This document shows positions 28,879-38,955 of a stretch of DNA of 64,000 bases, piece after piece. Each line of letters starts with the position of its first letter. The stretch's first letter is position 1. The stretch covers positions 2,176,001 through 2,240,000 of the forward strand of contig OZ252100.1 of NCBI GenBank assembly GCA_965248435.1. The letters run 5' to 3'. The notes under the pieces were generated by a model. The model was given only the letters and a program-made list of their open reading frames with translations. It was not told the DNA's origin and made no database searches. This DNA comes from Candidatus Latescibacterota bacterium. Lineage in GTDB: Bacteria; Latescibacterota; UBA2968; GCA-2709665. Both the position numbers and the translations under genes were made by a program.

Positions 28879-30033
28879 TCAGGAAAGGACCGGAAGTTCG
28901 CCCGGTATCCCGACCGGCTCCGCCTCTTCAATTTCACGCTCCGTGGAAAGCACTCGATAAAGGTTGTCTCGCTCAACCGGGTCCCGGCCGGCCTCAACGA
29001 CCCGTTCCACGAGTTCCTTTCGGGTCAACACCTGACGCGTCTGCTCGTAGCTCGGCCGCGTGATCTCGTACTCCTGGATCGTCCCGTCAATGTCGTCCGC
29101 GCCGTACCAGAGCGCGACCTGAGAGATTTCGATCGTGTTCATGATCCAGAACGTCTTGATATGCGGAAAATTATCCAGCATCAGTCGCCCGACAGCGATC
29201 TCTCTCAGGTCCGCCATGCCGCTCGGTCCCGGGATGTGCTCGATTTCTGTCCGTTCCGGATGGAAAGAAAGTGGAATATAGGTCAGGAACCCCTCGGTTT
29301 CGTCCTGCAGCGCCCGAAGTGCCACCAGGTGTTCCACCTTCTCCTTGGGATTCTCGATGTGGCCGTAGAGCATCGTCGCGTTCGTGGGCAGTCCGACTTC
29401 ATGAGCCGTTCTGGCCACCTCCAGCCATTCCTCCGAATCCGACTTGGTCCAGAAAAGATCGTCCCTTACCCTGTCGCTGAAGACCTCGGCGCCCCCGCCG
29501 GGGATCGATGAGACCCCGGCCTCCTTCAGCTCCAGCATCACTTCTCTGAGTGGCTTCTTCGCCGCCTTTGCGATCTGTACCCATTCGATCGCCGTGAACG
29601 CCTTGACAGCAACATTAGGCCGGACCTGCTTCACTGCCTGCACGATGTCCAAATAGTATGAATAGGGAAGTTTTGGATTTACTCCTGCGACCATGTGGAC
29701 TTCTGCGATCGGAATGTGGAGGTAGGGTTCGAGTCGCGCCTTGATATCCTCCGGAGAAAGGACATAGCCTCGCGCGTCCTTTGGCGGTACATAGAAAGAG
29801 CAGAACTTGCAGAGCTTGTTGCAAACATTCGTGTAATTGATGTGCTGGTTCCTGACGTACCACGCCACGTTGCCGTTCTTTCGTTCCCGGGCGAGGTTCG
29901 CCATACGGCCGACCGCGTTGAGGTCCGGGTCGGCGTAGAGGCGCATCCCGTCCTCTGTGGACAGGCGAGTCCCGGCCTCAACCTTTTTGTAGATCTCTTG
30001 AAGCGCGTCAGGGATGTTCAGCGGCATTGACAT
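28879..30033 (-). CDS. mqnE: Aminofutalosine synthase (radical SAM)
   Basis: HINYTNVCNKLCKFCSF, VKAFTAIE, MLDNFPHIKTFW, GADDIDGT. Confidence 0.92.
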   Translation of the reverse strand: MSMPLNIPDALQEIYKKVEAGTRLSTEDGMRLYADPDLNAVGRMANLARERKNGNVAWYVRNQHINYTNVCNKLCKFCSFYVPPKDARGYVLSPEDIKARLEPYLHIPIAEVHMVAGVNPKLPYSYYLDIVQAVKQVRPNVAVKAFTAIEWVQIAKAAKKPLREVMLELKEAGVSSIPGGGAEVFSDRVRDDLFWTKSDSEEWLEVARTAHEVGLPTNATMLYGHIENPKEKVEHLVALRALQDETEGFLTYIPLSFHPERTEIEHIPGPSGMADLREIAVGRLMLDNFPHIKTFWIMNTIEISQVALWYGADDIDGTIQEYEITRPSYEQTRQVLTRKELVERVVEAGRDPVERDNLYRVLSTEREIEEAEPVGIPGELPVLS

Positions 30034-30035
30034 CC

Positions 30036-30425
30036 TCACTCTCCGAGCGCTTGCGGGCGAAAGATGAGCTGAAGGATGTTCCCCTCTGGATCGGGGAAAA
30101 AGTCCATCTGCGTTCCATCGGGCAGGTCGACCTTCGGTCCGGCGAACGCGATCCCCCGCTCGGCCAGGTTTTGATAAACAGCGTCGAAGTCTTCTACGGT
30201 CAGGGCGATGTGCCGGATTCCAGCGTCGCGTGCATCCTGATCCGTTCGACTCGCCTTGTTCGAAGGCAGGATTTCCAGGACGCCGCCGCCGGACAGGCCG
30301 ATAAAATAGGTCTGGGAATCCTTCCTGGATTCGACCATCTCAAACCTGAGCGTCCCGCAGTACCACTCGGCGAGTGCTTTTGGGTCATCCGCCACGACAG
30401 CCACGTGTTCAATCGACTGAATCAA
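30036..30425 (-). CDS. VOC (glyoxalase-like) family protein
   Basis: IEHVAV...LEIL...GIRHIAL...DPEGNILQL. Confidence 0.9.
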   Translation of the reverse strand: MIQSIEHVAVVADDPKALAEWYCGTLRFEMVESRKDSQTYFIGLSGGGVLEILPSNKASRTDQDARDAGIRHIALTVEDFDAVYQNLAERGIAFAGPKVDLPDGTQMDFFPDPEGNILQLIFRPQALGE

Positions 30426-30548
30426 GCTATCCTCCCAGGCTTTAAAGGCACATCATGAATACACAAGGAAAGAGAATTCCTCAACAGATTCATCATATCT
30501 CTTGTTTCGGGCCAATACATAGTTTTCTGATTCTTGATCCAACAGGTG

Positions 30549-30676
30549 AGTCCGCCCCTGCGGCGGACTTTACGAATCCCCAGCGCGGGAATTCATTCCC
30601 GCGCGAAGGGCGAAGAATTTGTTTGGGCTGCAGATCCGAGATTCGTTGCCGTAGGGGCAGGCCCCCGTGCCTGCCC
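30549..30676. repeat. Cluster of REP-like palindromes
   Basis: AGTCCGCC..GGCGGACT, GCGCGGGAATTCATTCCCGCGC and GTAGGGGCAGGCCCCCGTGCCTGCCC. Confidence 0.7.
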
Positions 30677-30727
30677 GGATTATTTATATATAGGCAGCCC
30701 CTGGGGCTTTGATTTCCCGGTGCTCGG

Positions 30728-32431
30728 TTACTCACTTCCCTCTAACATCTCCTGAGCGTGGCGCAACGTCAGTTCGGAGATCTCCTCACCGCCAAGCAGC
30801 TTCGCCAGGTCTTCGGTGCGGGCCTCTCCGGTCAGCTTTCGGACACGGGTGATCGTTCGCCCCTTTTCCGTACCTTTGGAGACAGAAAAATGCACATCGG
30901 CCATCTTAGCGATCTGAGGAAGGTGTGTGATCGAGATCGTTTGATGGGTCTTCGCGAGCCCCTTCAGCTTCTTGCCAACCGCCTCTGCGATCCGTCCGGA
31001 AATGCCGATGTCGATCTCGTCGAAGATGAGCACCTGCACGGAGTCCGCGTGAGAGATCACGGTCTTCATGGCCAGCATGATCCGCGAGATCTCCCCACCA
31101 GAGGCCACCTTCACGAGAGGGCGGATCGCCTCTCCGGGGTTCGTCGAAAGGAAAAACTCTGCCCGCTCCAGTCCCCGGGATCTCGGCGCGTAACTGCGCC
31201 CATCGACAACGACCCTCCCGTCGGGATTTTCCTCACGCGTCAGTTCCACACGGAACCGGACCTTGGGCATCCCCAGCTCGCGGAGCGCCTTTTCTATGGA
31301 AGAAGAAAGTCGCCCCGCCGCCTTGTCGCGCGCCTCTGACAGCCGCTGGGCAAATCCGGAGTACTCTTCGGCGCACGATGCGAGAGCTGCCCGGATCCCC
31401 TTCAAGTCGGCGTCCACTTCCTCAGATCGAGATAGCTCCCCTGCGGCGGTGTCCCTGAACGCAAGCACCTGGTCGAGCGATCCTCCATACTTCTTCTTCA
31501 GCCGCGCGAGCAGTTCCAGCCGCTCGATGACCTCCGCGAGCCGCTCCGGATTGTGCTCCACCCGTCCTGCGTAGTCTGCAAAGAATCGAGCCAGCTCCTC
31601 CGCACCGTATCGCAGAGACTCGAGCTCCTCCAGCTTCGCGTTGAGAGACCCGTCCATTCGTGCGGCCTCGGACAGGATCCGGCCCGCCGCACCCAACCGG
31701 TCACTCACAGACTCCTCACCCTGATAAAGGGCCGTCTCCAGTTCGGCGGCGGCCTGAGCCAGAGAGACCGCATTCGCAAGCTTCGACCGCTCCTCCTCCA
31801 ACCGGATGTCCTCCTCCGGTTCCGGGTCGGCCTCCGAAATTTCTCTCAGCTGAAACTCGAGGAGCTCACGCCGTTCCCGAAGTCGCTGGGCCTCCATCTC
31901 TCGACCGGCGATCGCTTCACTCAACCTCCCCAATTCCGCGTGGGTTGCTTCAATGGCCTCTCGAAGCTCCCCGAGGCCCGCGAATCCGTCCAAAAAGTCC
32001 AGATGCCGTTCCACATCCAGAAGGGACTGGTGCTCGTGCTGTCCGTGAAGGTCGACCAGGGTCCTGCCCAGCGTATGCAACGCCTTCATCGTAATGGCCA
32101 CACCGTTTGCGTAGCAACGACTCCGTCTGTCTGAAGCCACCTCCCGCCTCAGAATCAGCTCTCGGTCTTCTGCCTCCACACCCATTTCGTCTAAAAGCGC
32201 CAGGCACGGATGTCCCTCTGGAAGCTCGAAAATCGATTCGACGACGCACCGGTCTTCTCCGGTTCGAATCTCCTCCGCGCTTGCACGCACGCCTAGAACC
32301 AGACCCAGCGCGCCCATGAGGATCGACTTCCCCGCCCCGGTCTCTCCGGTGATGATGTTCAGTCCGTGACCGAATTCGATCTCCGCCTCATCGATCAGGG
32401 CATAATCCTTCACACGCAATAAGGAAAGCAA
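30728..32431 (-). CDS. recN: DNA repair protein RecN
   Basis: TGETGAGKS, LHGQHEHQSL, ASGGEISR, FDEIDIG, THLPQIA. Confidence 0.97.
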   Translation of the reverse strand: MLSLLRVKDYALIDEAEIEFGHGLNIITGETGAGKSILMGALGLVLGVRASAEEIRTGEDRCVVESIFELPEGHPCLALLDEMGVEAEDRELILRREVASDRRSRCYANGVAITMKALHTLGRTLVDLHGQHEHQSLLDVERHLDFLDGFAGLGELREAIEATHAELGRLSEAIAGREMEAQRLRERRELLEFQLREISEADPEPEEDIRLEEERSKLANAVSLAQAAAELETALYQGEESVSDRLGAAGRILSEAARMDGSLNAKLEELESLRYGAEELARFFADYAGRVEHNPERLAEVIERLELLARLKKKYGGSLDQVLAFRDTAAGELSRSEEVDADLKGIRAALASCAEEYSGFAQRLSEARDKAAGRLSSSIEKALRELGMPKVRFRVELTREENPDGRVVVDGRSYAPRSRGLERAEFFLSTNPGEAIRPLVKVASGGEISRIMLAMKTVISHADSVQVLIFDEIDIGISGRIAEAVGKKLKGLAKTHQTISITHLPQIAKMADVHFSVSKGTEKGRTITRVRKLTGEARTEDLAKLLGGEEISELTLRHAQEMLEGSE

Positions 32432-32436
32432 AGCGC

Positions 32437-33300
32437 CTACGCCTCCCGTTCTCGCCTGTCCAGACTCCAGTCCAGCTTCCGCCTGAGCAGCTGATAAAAT
32501 GGAAGTCCCTGCAGGTTAATCAATCGCACAGGTTCCTGAACACGATTGACGATCACCGGGGTATCAGGCCCTACGGAGGAAACAGTGCGTCCATCAGCCG
32601 AGAGCATAATGTCCAGGTGCTCCGCGATCACCTCGACGCGGATCGACTGATCCCCCGGGACCACTATCGGACGCAGGGACAGTGAGTGAGGACAGATCGG
32701 AGTGACAACGATGCCCTGAAGGCTGGGATGCACGACTGGCCCCCCAGCTGACAGGCTGTAGCTCGTCGAGCCCGTTGGGGTCGCGATGATCAGGCCGTTG
32801 CCGAAAAAGGAGCTGATCTGCGCGTCTGCGATCCAGGTCTTCACCTGCACCATCCGCGCCATCACACCTTTCTCGATCACGATTTCGTTCAGCGCGAACG
32901 CCTTCTTCCCACCGATTTCCGCTTCCAGCGCCATCCGCTCTTCTATTTGATAGTCGCCCTTTTGCAGGCGCTGAAGCGAGTCCTCCAGCTCCTCAGGTGC
33001 TGCTCCGGCCAGGAACCCAAGCCGCCCGATATTGACCCCCAGGATCGGCGTCCCGGTGTCTCCGACGAGTTCGGCGGTTCGCAGGATCGTCCCGTCGCCG
33101 CCCAGCGCGATCACCAGGTCCACGTTTCGGCAGAGATCCGCCGCATCGCAAAAAAGGTCTGCCTCACCCTGGCAGACCTCCTTCAATTCCTCACCCAGGC
33201 ACAGCTCAATGCCGTTTTGCCTCGCAAGGCCCACGAGTCGATCGATCGTCTGGCTCGCCTCCGCGACCCGGGGGTTTGCGAGAATGCCGATCCGCTTCAT
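32437..33300 (-). CDS. nadK: NAD(+) kinase
   Basis: GGDGTIL, GRLGFL, LNE, ATPTGSTSYSLSAGG. Confidence 0.95.
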   Translation of the reverse strand: MKRIGILANPRVAEASQTIDRLVGLARQNGIELCLGEELKEVCQGEADLFCDAADLCRNVDLVIALGGDGTILRTAELVGDTGTPILGVNIGRLGFLAGAAPEELEDSLQRLQKGDYQIEERMALEAEIGGKKAFALNEIVIEKGVMARMVQVKTWIADAQISSFFGNGLIIATPTGSTSYSLSAGGPVVHPSLQGIVVTPICPHSLSLRPIVVPGDQSIRVEVIAEHLDIMLSADGRTVSSVGPDTPVIVNRVQEPVRLINLQGLPFYQLLRRKLDWSLDRREREA

Positions 33301-33337
33301 CCTGTCCAGCTCCGAGCACCGATTCGGAGATTCACGT

Positions 33338-33586
33338 CTATCCCTCTTCGTCCGTGTCCAATTCCGTGAGACGGAAGTTCCCGCCACTTTCAGCCGCCAG
33401 GACTTCCACCTTTTGCTTCGCTTCCTCAAGCCGCGTCCGGCAGAGGTTGGAGGCCTTCAACCCTTCCTCGAACAGACGCAGCGCCTCGGAAAGGGGTAAG
33501 TTGCCCTCCTCCAATCCGGCCACAGCCTGCTCGAGTCTTTTCAAGGCATCTTCGAATGTCGTTTCGCCAGCCTTGTCCTCTGCCAT
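33338..33586 (-). CDS. xseB: Exodeoxyribonuclease VII small subunit
   Basis: FEDALKRLEQAVAGLEEGNLPLSEALRLFEEG. Confidence 0.93.
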   Translation of the reverse strand: MAEDKAGETTFEDALKRLEQAVAGLEEGNLPLSEALRLFEEGLKASNLCRTRLEEAKQKVEVLAAESGGNFRLTELDTDEEG

Positions 33587-33636
33587 CAGACGTTCTCCGC
33601 TTTGTCGTCCCAATATAAAAGAAAAGGGCGCGTATG

Positions 33637-34620
33637 CTAGGCCTTATAGAATTCGAGTCCGTTCTTCGCCAATTCAGAAACCCGATCGATCAATGCCTGC
33701 CGCCTAGACTCGTTCATCGCTTCAAACGACTGGACGAGCTGGATCTTCTCGGCCATTTGGTGCCGGTCATCCGGCCCGGTCACGAGCACACTCACGGGGA
33801 GGGACAACACGAAATGGATCGCATCGGCCACGCTGACCCGGTCTGGTACGGCCTTGGGTTTGTCTCCGTGCTCTCCTTGTTGCGACCCGCCGAAGAACCC
33901 CCCGTTCGCCAGCGACTTCATCGCGATGATTCCCATTTTTCTCTCAACTAACGTGGGCACGACCCGCCTGATGAAACTCTCATAGCTTGGATCGGCCAGG
34001 TTGACCGGGAGCTGGCAGGTTTCGAAGATGTCGGTGCGCTCCAGGACCCGCAGGTGGGCGGACGGCCTCATGTGTCCCGTAAACCCGATATGCCTCACCT
34101 TTCCTGAATCAACGGCATCCACGAACACATCCAGAACACCCTCGCTGATCCGTCCGTCCACATCTTCTGGACTCTCTACCGTATGCATCTGCCATAGATC
34201 GACAACGTCCGTCCGCATGTTCTTCAGAGACGCATCGAGATGTCGCTTTGCGGTCTTCGCGTCCCGTGCCGCGGTCTTAGTCATGAGGAAGATGTCATCT
34301 CTATACTTCGGCGTGAGAAACTTACCGAGGCGCCTCTCGCTGCCCCCGTCCTGGTACATCTCGGCGCTGTCGAAAAACCGCACCCCGCCTTCAAGCGCCG
34401 TTTCCAGCGTCGCCTGCGCTTCCGCCTCGCTCATTCGCCCGATGTGCCACCCGCCCACGCCCAGCATCGTCACCGCCTCTCCCGTGCGTCCCAGCTTGCG
34501 GAGCGGCAGCAGTTTGCCAAGTCGATCCCGACCCGCCTCTCCTGCGGTGATGGGAATTTGATCCACGAGAATTCCGGTCGTTGCTGCCGCCAGCGATCTC
34601 AGAAAATCTCTGCGTTCCAT
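33637..34620 (-). CDS. Tat-exported aldo/keto reductase
   Basis: MERRDFL twin-arginine signal; FFDSAEMY, FLMTK, DLWQMH, IAMK. Confidence 0.9.
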   Translation of the reverse strand: MERRDFLRSLAAATTGILVDQIPITAGEAGRDRLGKLLPLRKLGRTGEAVTMLGVGGWHIGRMSEAEAQATLETALEGGVRFFDSAEMYQDGGSERRLGKFLTPKYRDDIFLMTKTAARDAKTAKRHLDASLKNMRTDVVDLWQMHTVESPEDVDGRISEGVLDVFVDAVDSGKVRHIGFTGHMRPSAHLRVLERTDIFETCQLPVNLADPSYESFIRRVVPTLVERKMGIIAMKSLANGGFFGGSQQGEHGDKPKAVPDRVSVADAIHFVLSLPVSVLVTGPDDRHQMAEKIQLVQSFEAMNESRRQALIDRVSELAKNGLEFYKA

Positions 34621-34722
34621 TTGCAAACCTCCTCGTCCCTTTCCCCCAATGGTTCTTAATCTGCGGCCTCTCCGATGAATGCCTTTCAATCCGCAATCGC
34701 CAATCCGCATTCCGCAATTTCT

Positions 34723-35949
34723 TCATTCACTCCGGACCTCATCGACGCTAGAGATGACCTCTCCCCTCGCGAACCTAACTCGCAGCCTATCCCCTTTGGC
34801 CAGCGATCTCGCATCCTGGACCACGACATCGTCCTCGACGCGCTGTGTCAGACTGTAACCTCGATTGAGCACGCCCAGCGGGCTGAGCGTGTCCAGCTGA
34901 CTCGTGGATCGACGAAATCTGGCCACGCAACGCTCGAAAATGCGTTCAATCCCGGAGTGGAGATCCTTCACGAGTTCATCTCGCAACTGAATGTGCTGCA
35001 CGATGAGGTCATCGACCCTTCTGAGCCCGTAGCGCTCCTGATAGTTTTCCAGAATCGATGCGTTCTCGGTCAGCAATCTCGTCAGCGCGTCGGTGCCCCG
35101 GCGAACCCACTTCGAGATCTGCTCCTCCAGCTCTTCGCGATCCGGAACGGCGAGTTCCGCGGCAGCAGAGGGTGTAGGCGCACGACAATCTGCTGCGAAG
35201 TCAGCCAGTGTGAAATCAATTTCGTGTCCGACGGCGGAAATGACGGGAACCGTCGCGGCCCTGATCGCACGCACTACGACCTCGGTGTTGAAGGCCGCGA
35301 GGTCCTGTGCGGCCCCACCGCCTCGGCCCACGATCAGGACATCCACTTCGCTGTGAGCATTGATTTCGCCGATTCCCTGAGCGATATCCTCGGCGGCCCC
35401 TTCCCCCTGAACGAGCGCGGGCCGGAAGACGACACAGGTCCCGGCAAACCGTCGCTTCAGGACGGTCAGAATATCTCCAAGCGCCGCACCGGTGGGTGAC
35501 GTCACGATCCCGATCGAGCGTGGAAGATCCGGAAGGGGGCGCTTGGCCGTCTCGTCGAACAGACCCTCTGCCTGAAGCTTGCGCTTGAGGGCCTCCAGAG
35601 CGATCTGCTGCTGGCCGATCCCCGCGGGAATCAGCTTCGTCACACTCAGCTGAACCTGACCTCGTCGTTCGTATACCGAAAGACGTCCACGGGCCAACAC
35701 CTGCAGACCAACCTCAGGCTCGAAAGAGGAGAGGTCGTAGGAACTCCACATAACGCACTGAAGCTGACACCGCTTATCCTTCAACGTAAAGTAACGGTGG
35801 CCGGAGCTGTGCTGTTTGTAATCGGCCAGTTCACCGACGACCCAAAAGGGTGGGAATTCTCCCTCCAGCGTTCGCTTGATCGTCTGTGTAACTTCGGTTA
35901 CGGACCACGGGCGGTCAGCCAACCCAGGCCCCTCCTCTTGTCGAGTCAA
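34723..35949 (-). CDS. xseA: Exodeoxyribonuclease VII large subunit
   Basis: SGHRYFTLKD, VTSPTGAA, GRGGG, SAVGHEID, APTPSAAAE. Confidence 0.96.
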   Translation of the reverse strand: MTRQEEGPGLADRPWSVTEVTQTIKRTLEGEFPPFWVVGELADYKQHSSGHRYFTLKDKRCQLQCVMWSSYDLSSFEPEVGLQVLARGRLSVYERRGQVQLSVTKLIPAGIGQQQIALEALKRKLQAEGLFDETAKRPLPDLPRSIGIVTSPTGAALGDILTVLKRRFAGTCVVFRPALVQGEGAAEDIAQGIGEINAHSEVDVLIVGRGGGAAQDLAAFNTEVVVRAIRAATVPVISAVGHEIDFTLADFAADCRAPTPSAAAELAVPDREELEEQISKWVRRGTDALTRLLTENASILENYQERYGLRRVDDLIVQHIQLRDELVKDLHSGIERIFERCVARFRRSTSQLDTLSPLGVLNRGYSLTQRVEDDVVVQDARSLAKGDRLRVRFARGEVISSVDEVRSE

Positions 35950-35979
35950 TCCAGAAAACGATGGATCCGATACTGATGG

Positions 35980-36768
35980 TCACGACCCTTCCTCGCTAAT
36001 CCGGAGCCTTTCAATCTTCACAGCTTTTCCAGTCTCTTCGTCGACCTCGGTGATCACACCGCACAGTTTAACATCTTCTGTCGCAGGCTCGAACCGCACG
36101 GGCATCTGGTCCAAAAACAGTTTGATGACGGTTTCTTTTTCTGCGCCGATGACGGAGTCGTGCGGTCCCGTCATGCCGACATCTGTGATATACGCGGTCC
36201 CTCCGGGCAAAATCGTTTCGTCCGCCGTCTGCACGTGTGTATGGGTCCCGAACACGGCGCTGACCCGTCCATCCATGAACCATCCGAAGGCGATTTTCTC
36301 AGAAGTGGCCTCCGCGTGGAAGTCGACCACGATCACCCGAACATCTTCTTTCAGCTTGTCGACCACCTTTCGGCCGATCCGAAACGGGCAGTCGAGATTT
36401 CTCATGTTCGTACGCCCTTGCAGACATGCCACACCCACCGCAACGCCAGATTCCGAGTAGAACACCCCGGAACCGTTTCCTCCCACGTTCGGGGGGTAAT
36501 TTGCGGGGCGAAGAACCTTGCCCCCACTCATGATGTAGGGGATAGAATCCCTTTGATCCCAAACGTGGTTCCCCGTCGTGATCACATCGGCGCCGTAGGT
36601 TTCGAATTTGCGGCCGATCTTCTCTGTGATACCAAATCCACCAGCTGCGTTCTCGCCGTTCACAATACAGAAGTCGATCGCCTCGGACTCCTTAATCTTC
36701 GGAATCCATTCCGCCGCCGCCCGTCTGCCCGGCCTGGCGTAAACGTCCCCCACAAAAAGTATTTTCAA
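35980..36768 (-). CDS. ymdB: YmdB-like metallophosphoesterase (TIGR00282)
   Basis: NGENAAGG, TGNH, DFHAEATSEK, GTHTHV; follows rny. Confidence 0.93.
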   Translation of the reverse strand: MKILFVGDVYARPGRRAAAEWIPKIKESEAIDFCIVNGENAAGGFGITEKIGRKFETYGADVITTGNHVWDQRDSIPYIMSGGKVLRPANYPPNVGGNGSGVFYSESGVAVGVACLQGRTNMRNLDCPFRIGRKVVDKLKEDVRVIVVDFHAEATSEKIAFGWFMDGRVSAVFGTHTHVQTADETILPGGTAYITDVGMTGPHDSVIGAEKETVIKLFLDQMPVRFEPATEDVKLCGVITEVDEETGKAVKIERLRISEEGS

Positions 36769-36820
36769 TTCAGCCTCTATCCTGAGTCATCAACGGGCAC
36801 GCGTCTTCTACGCATCGCCC

Positions 36821-38404
36821 CTATCTTGCGAAATCTATCGCTCGAGTTTCTCGTATCACCGTGACCTTTACAGGACCGGGATAGCTCATGTCACTCTCGA
36901 GTTTGGCGGCAATCTCACTGGCGAGATTTTCAGTATCTTCATCGCTCAGCAAGTCCGAGTCGGCGATCACCCTCACCTCTTGCCCCGCCTGGATGGCAAA
37001 CACGTTGCCCACACCCTCAGCCGTCTTGGCGATCGATTCCAGGCGCTCCAGACGACGGACGTAATTTTCCAGGACTTCACGCTGGGCCCCGGGCCGTGAC
37101 CGTGAAATCGTATCGGCAGAATCCACCAGCACGGCGATGGCCGAAACCGCGTCGACGTCGTCGTGATGCGTTTCGATGGCATTGACGACGACTGCATCTT
37201 CGCCGTACTTCCGCGCCAGGTCTGCTCCGTTCTCCCCGTGGGTTCCCTCCAATTCGTGGGACATTCCTTTACCAATGTCGTGAAGCAGTCCGGCCCGCTT
37301 GGCCAGCTGGGCATCCAGGCCCAGGTGAGTGGCCATCATGCCGGCAAGGAAAGCGACCTCCTTGCTGTGGTTCGACACGTTCTGCCCAAAGCTCGTTACG
37401 AATTTCAGCTTGCCCAGGCACTCAATCAGGCGTTCGTGAAGGCCTGGAACGCCTACGTCGAAGGCAACCTGTTCCCCTTCTTCCCGGATGACGCGCTGAA
37501 TCGAGTCGCGGGACCGGGTAACAATCTCTTCGATTCGCCCTGGGTGAATGCGTCCATCCAGGATGAGCTGCTCAAGGGACATTTTGGCAATCGTGCGTCG
37601 AATCGGGTCGAACGCCGAAAGCACGACCGCCTCAGGCGTATCGTCTACGATAACATCCACACCTGTTGCCATTTCAAACGCCCGAATATTCCGGCCTTCT
37701 CTACCGATAACGCGGCCCTTCATCTCATCTGACGGCAGGCGGACCACAGAAACGGTGGATTCAATCGTGTGATCGGCTCCCAACCGCTGGATTGCGCTTG
37801 CAATGATCTCGCGGGCCTCGTCGTTTGCGCGAGCCATCGCATCCTCACGAATCTCTTTCGTCCGCCAGGCAGAGTCGCGCCTCGCCTCATCTTCCAGATT
37901 TGCCATTAAGACGGCCTTGGCTTCATCCTTCGTCAATCCGGCAATCTGTTCCAGGCGTGAGTTTTGTTCTATAATCCGCGTTTCGAGTTCCAGAGACTTG
38001 TGTTCCACATTTTCCTGGAGCTTGGACAGCTCGTCTTCCCTGGAGGACAGATTTCCCTCCTTGTGGTTCAACAGATCCGCCCGCTTATCTAACTGGCGCT
38101 CCCATCCCGACAGTTTTATTTCCGTTTCTTTGCTTTGTTCTCGAAGCTCCTGCATTTCCTGGTCGAACTGCAGGCGCTTTTGGTGCATCTCATCCTTCGC
38201 CTCCAAGACGGCCGTGCGCTTCATCGATTCGGCCTCTTTTTGGGCCTCTTCCAAGATGTTTTCCGCAGAGATTTCCGCCCGGTAGGTCTTACTGTGTGAA
38301 ACCTTTGAGCTGATCAGCCAGCCGACAACGAGTCCAAGCAGTAGCAGACCCACCGAGAGAATCATCACCGTGAATGTTCCTGTAGTCGCGACATCAGGGG
38401 GCAT
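36821..38404 (-). CDS. rny: Ribonuclease Y
   Basis: N-terminal TM, coiled coil, KH (GRVIGREGRNIR), HD (GLLHDIGK). Confidence 0.96.
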   Translation of the reverse strand: MPPDVATTGTFTVMILSVGLLLLGLVVGWLISSKVSHSKTYRAEISAENILEEAQKEAESMKRTAVLEAKDEMHQKRLQFDQEMQELREQSKETEIKLSGWERQLDKRADLLNHKEGNLSSREDELSKLQENVEHKSLELETRIIEQNSRLEQIAGLTKDEAKAVLMANLEDEARRDSAWRTKEIREDAMARANDEAREIIASAIQRLGADHTIESTVSVVRLPSDEMKGRVIGREGRNIRAFEMATGVDVIVDDTPEAVVLSAFDPIRRTIAKMSLEQLILDGRIHPGRIEEIVTRSRDSIQRVIREEGEQVAFDVGVPGLHERLIECLGKLKFVTSFGQNVSNHSKEVAFLAGMMATHLGLDAQLAKRAGLLHDIGKGMSHELEGTHGENGADLARKYGEDAVVVNAIETHHDDVDAVSAIAVLVDSADTISRSRPGAQREVLENYVRRLERLESIAKTAEGVGNVFAIQAGQEVRVIADSDLLSDEDTENLASEIAAKLESDMSYPGPVKVTVIRETRAIDFAR

Positions 38405-38481
38405 ATTCCACCTCCTCATTAGCAGCCTGCACCTTGAATCTCATGCGGTATGTATCACCTTAACCACCGCGCACAAAAAAA

Positions 38482-38578
38482 CCCGCTTACGCTCCAACAC
38501 TGTCCGCCCTGGACCATTTCTCAGATACCCGCAACTGGCAGGCCAGATTGGTTTTTTGCCTCTAATGAGCGTAGCGGG
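38482..38578 (-). ncRNA. ssrS: Short 6S RNA (probable)
   Basis: Position between zapA and rny; ends pair (CCCGCTACGCTC / GAGCGTAAGCGGG) to give a ~97-nt rod followed by a T run. Confidence 0.7.
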
Positions 38579-38666
38579 ATTCGATTCGGCACTGTCTCCA
38601 TCGGCCAACCCCGGCCTGGCCGTTACGCCGATTCCCTTCAGACAACCAACAGTCTCAGCCCCTCCC

Positions 38667-38948
38667 TTAAGTCTGATTCAACGAGTCGGTTAACCGATTG
38701 GTATTCACGCGGAGCACCTCTTCCACACGTTCTTCCTGCTCCTTTTCTTTGAAGAGATCATCGGCCAGGTTGACCGCGGTCATCACGGCGATTTTGGCGA
38801 CCGAACGAAGCGAAAGGCTGTTGGCAACCTCCCGCATCTTTTGATCTACGTGCTGGGCAACCTTTCTGGTCTGATCCGGATCGGCCTTGGTGGCAATCTT
38901 ATATTCCGTGCTGAAAATGTTGACGTTAACGATAGGGTGGTCTAACAT
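38667..38948 (-). CDS. zapA: Cell division protein ZapA
   Basis: VNIFSTEYKI...VAQHVDQKMREV...IAVMTAVNLADD. Confidence 0.9.
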   Translation of the reverse strand: MLDHPIVNVNIFSTEYKIATKADPDQTRKVAQHVDQKMREVANSLSLRSVAKIAVMTAVNLADDLFKEKEQEERVEEVLRVNTNRLTDSLNQT

Positions 38949-38955
38949 AGATTCC

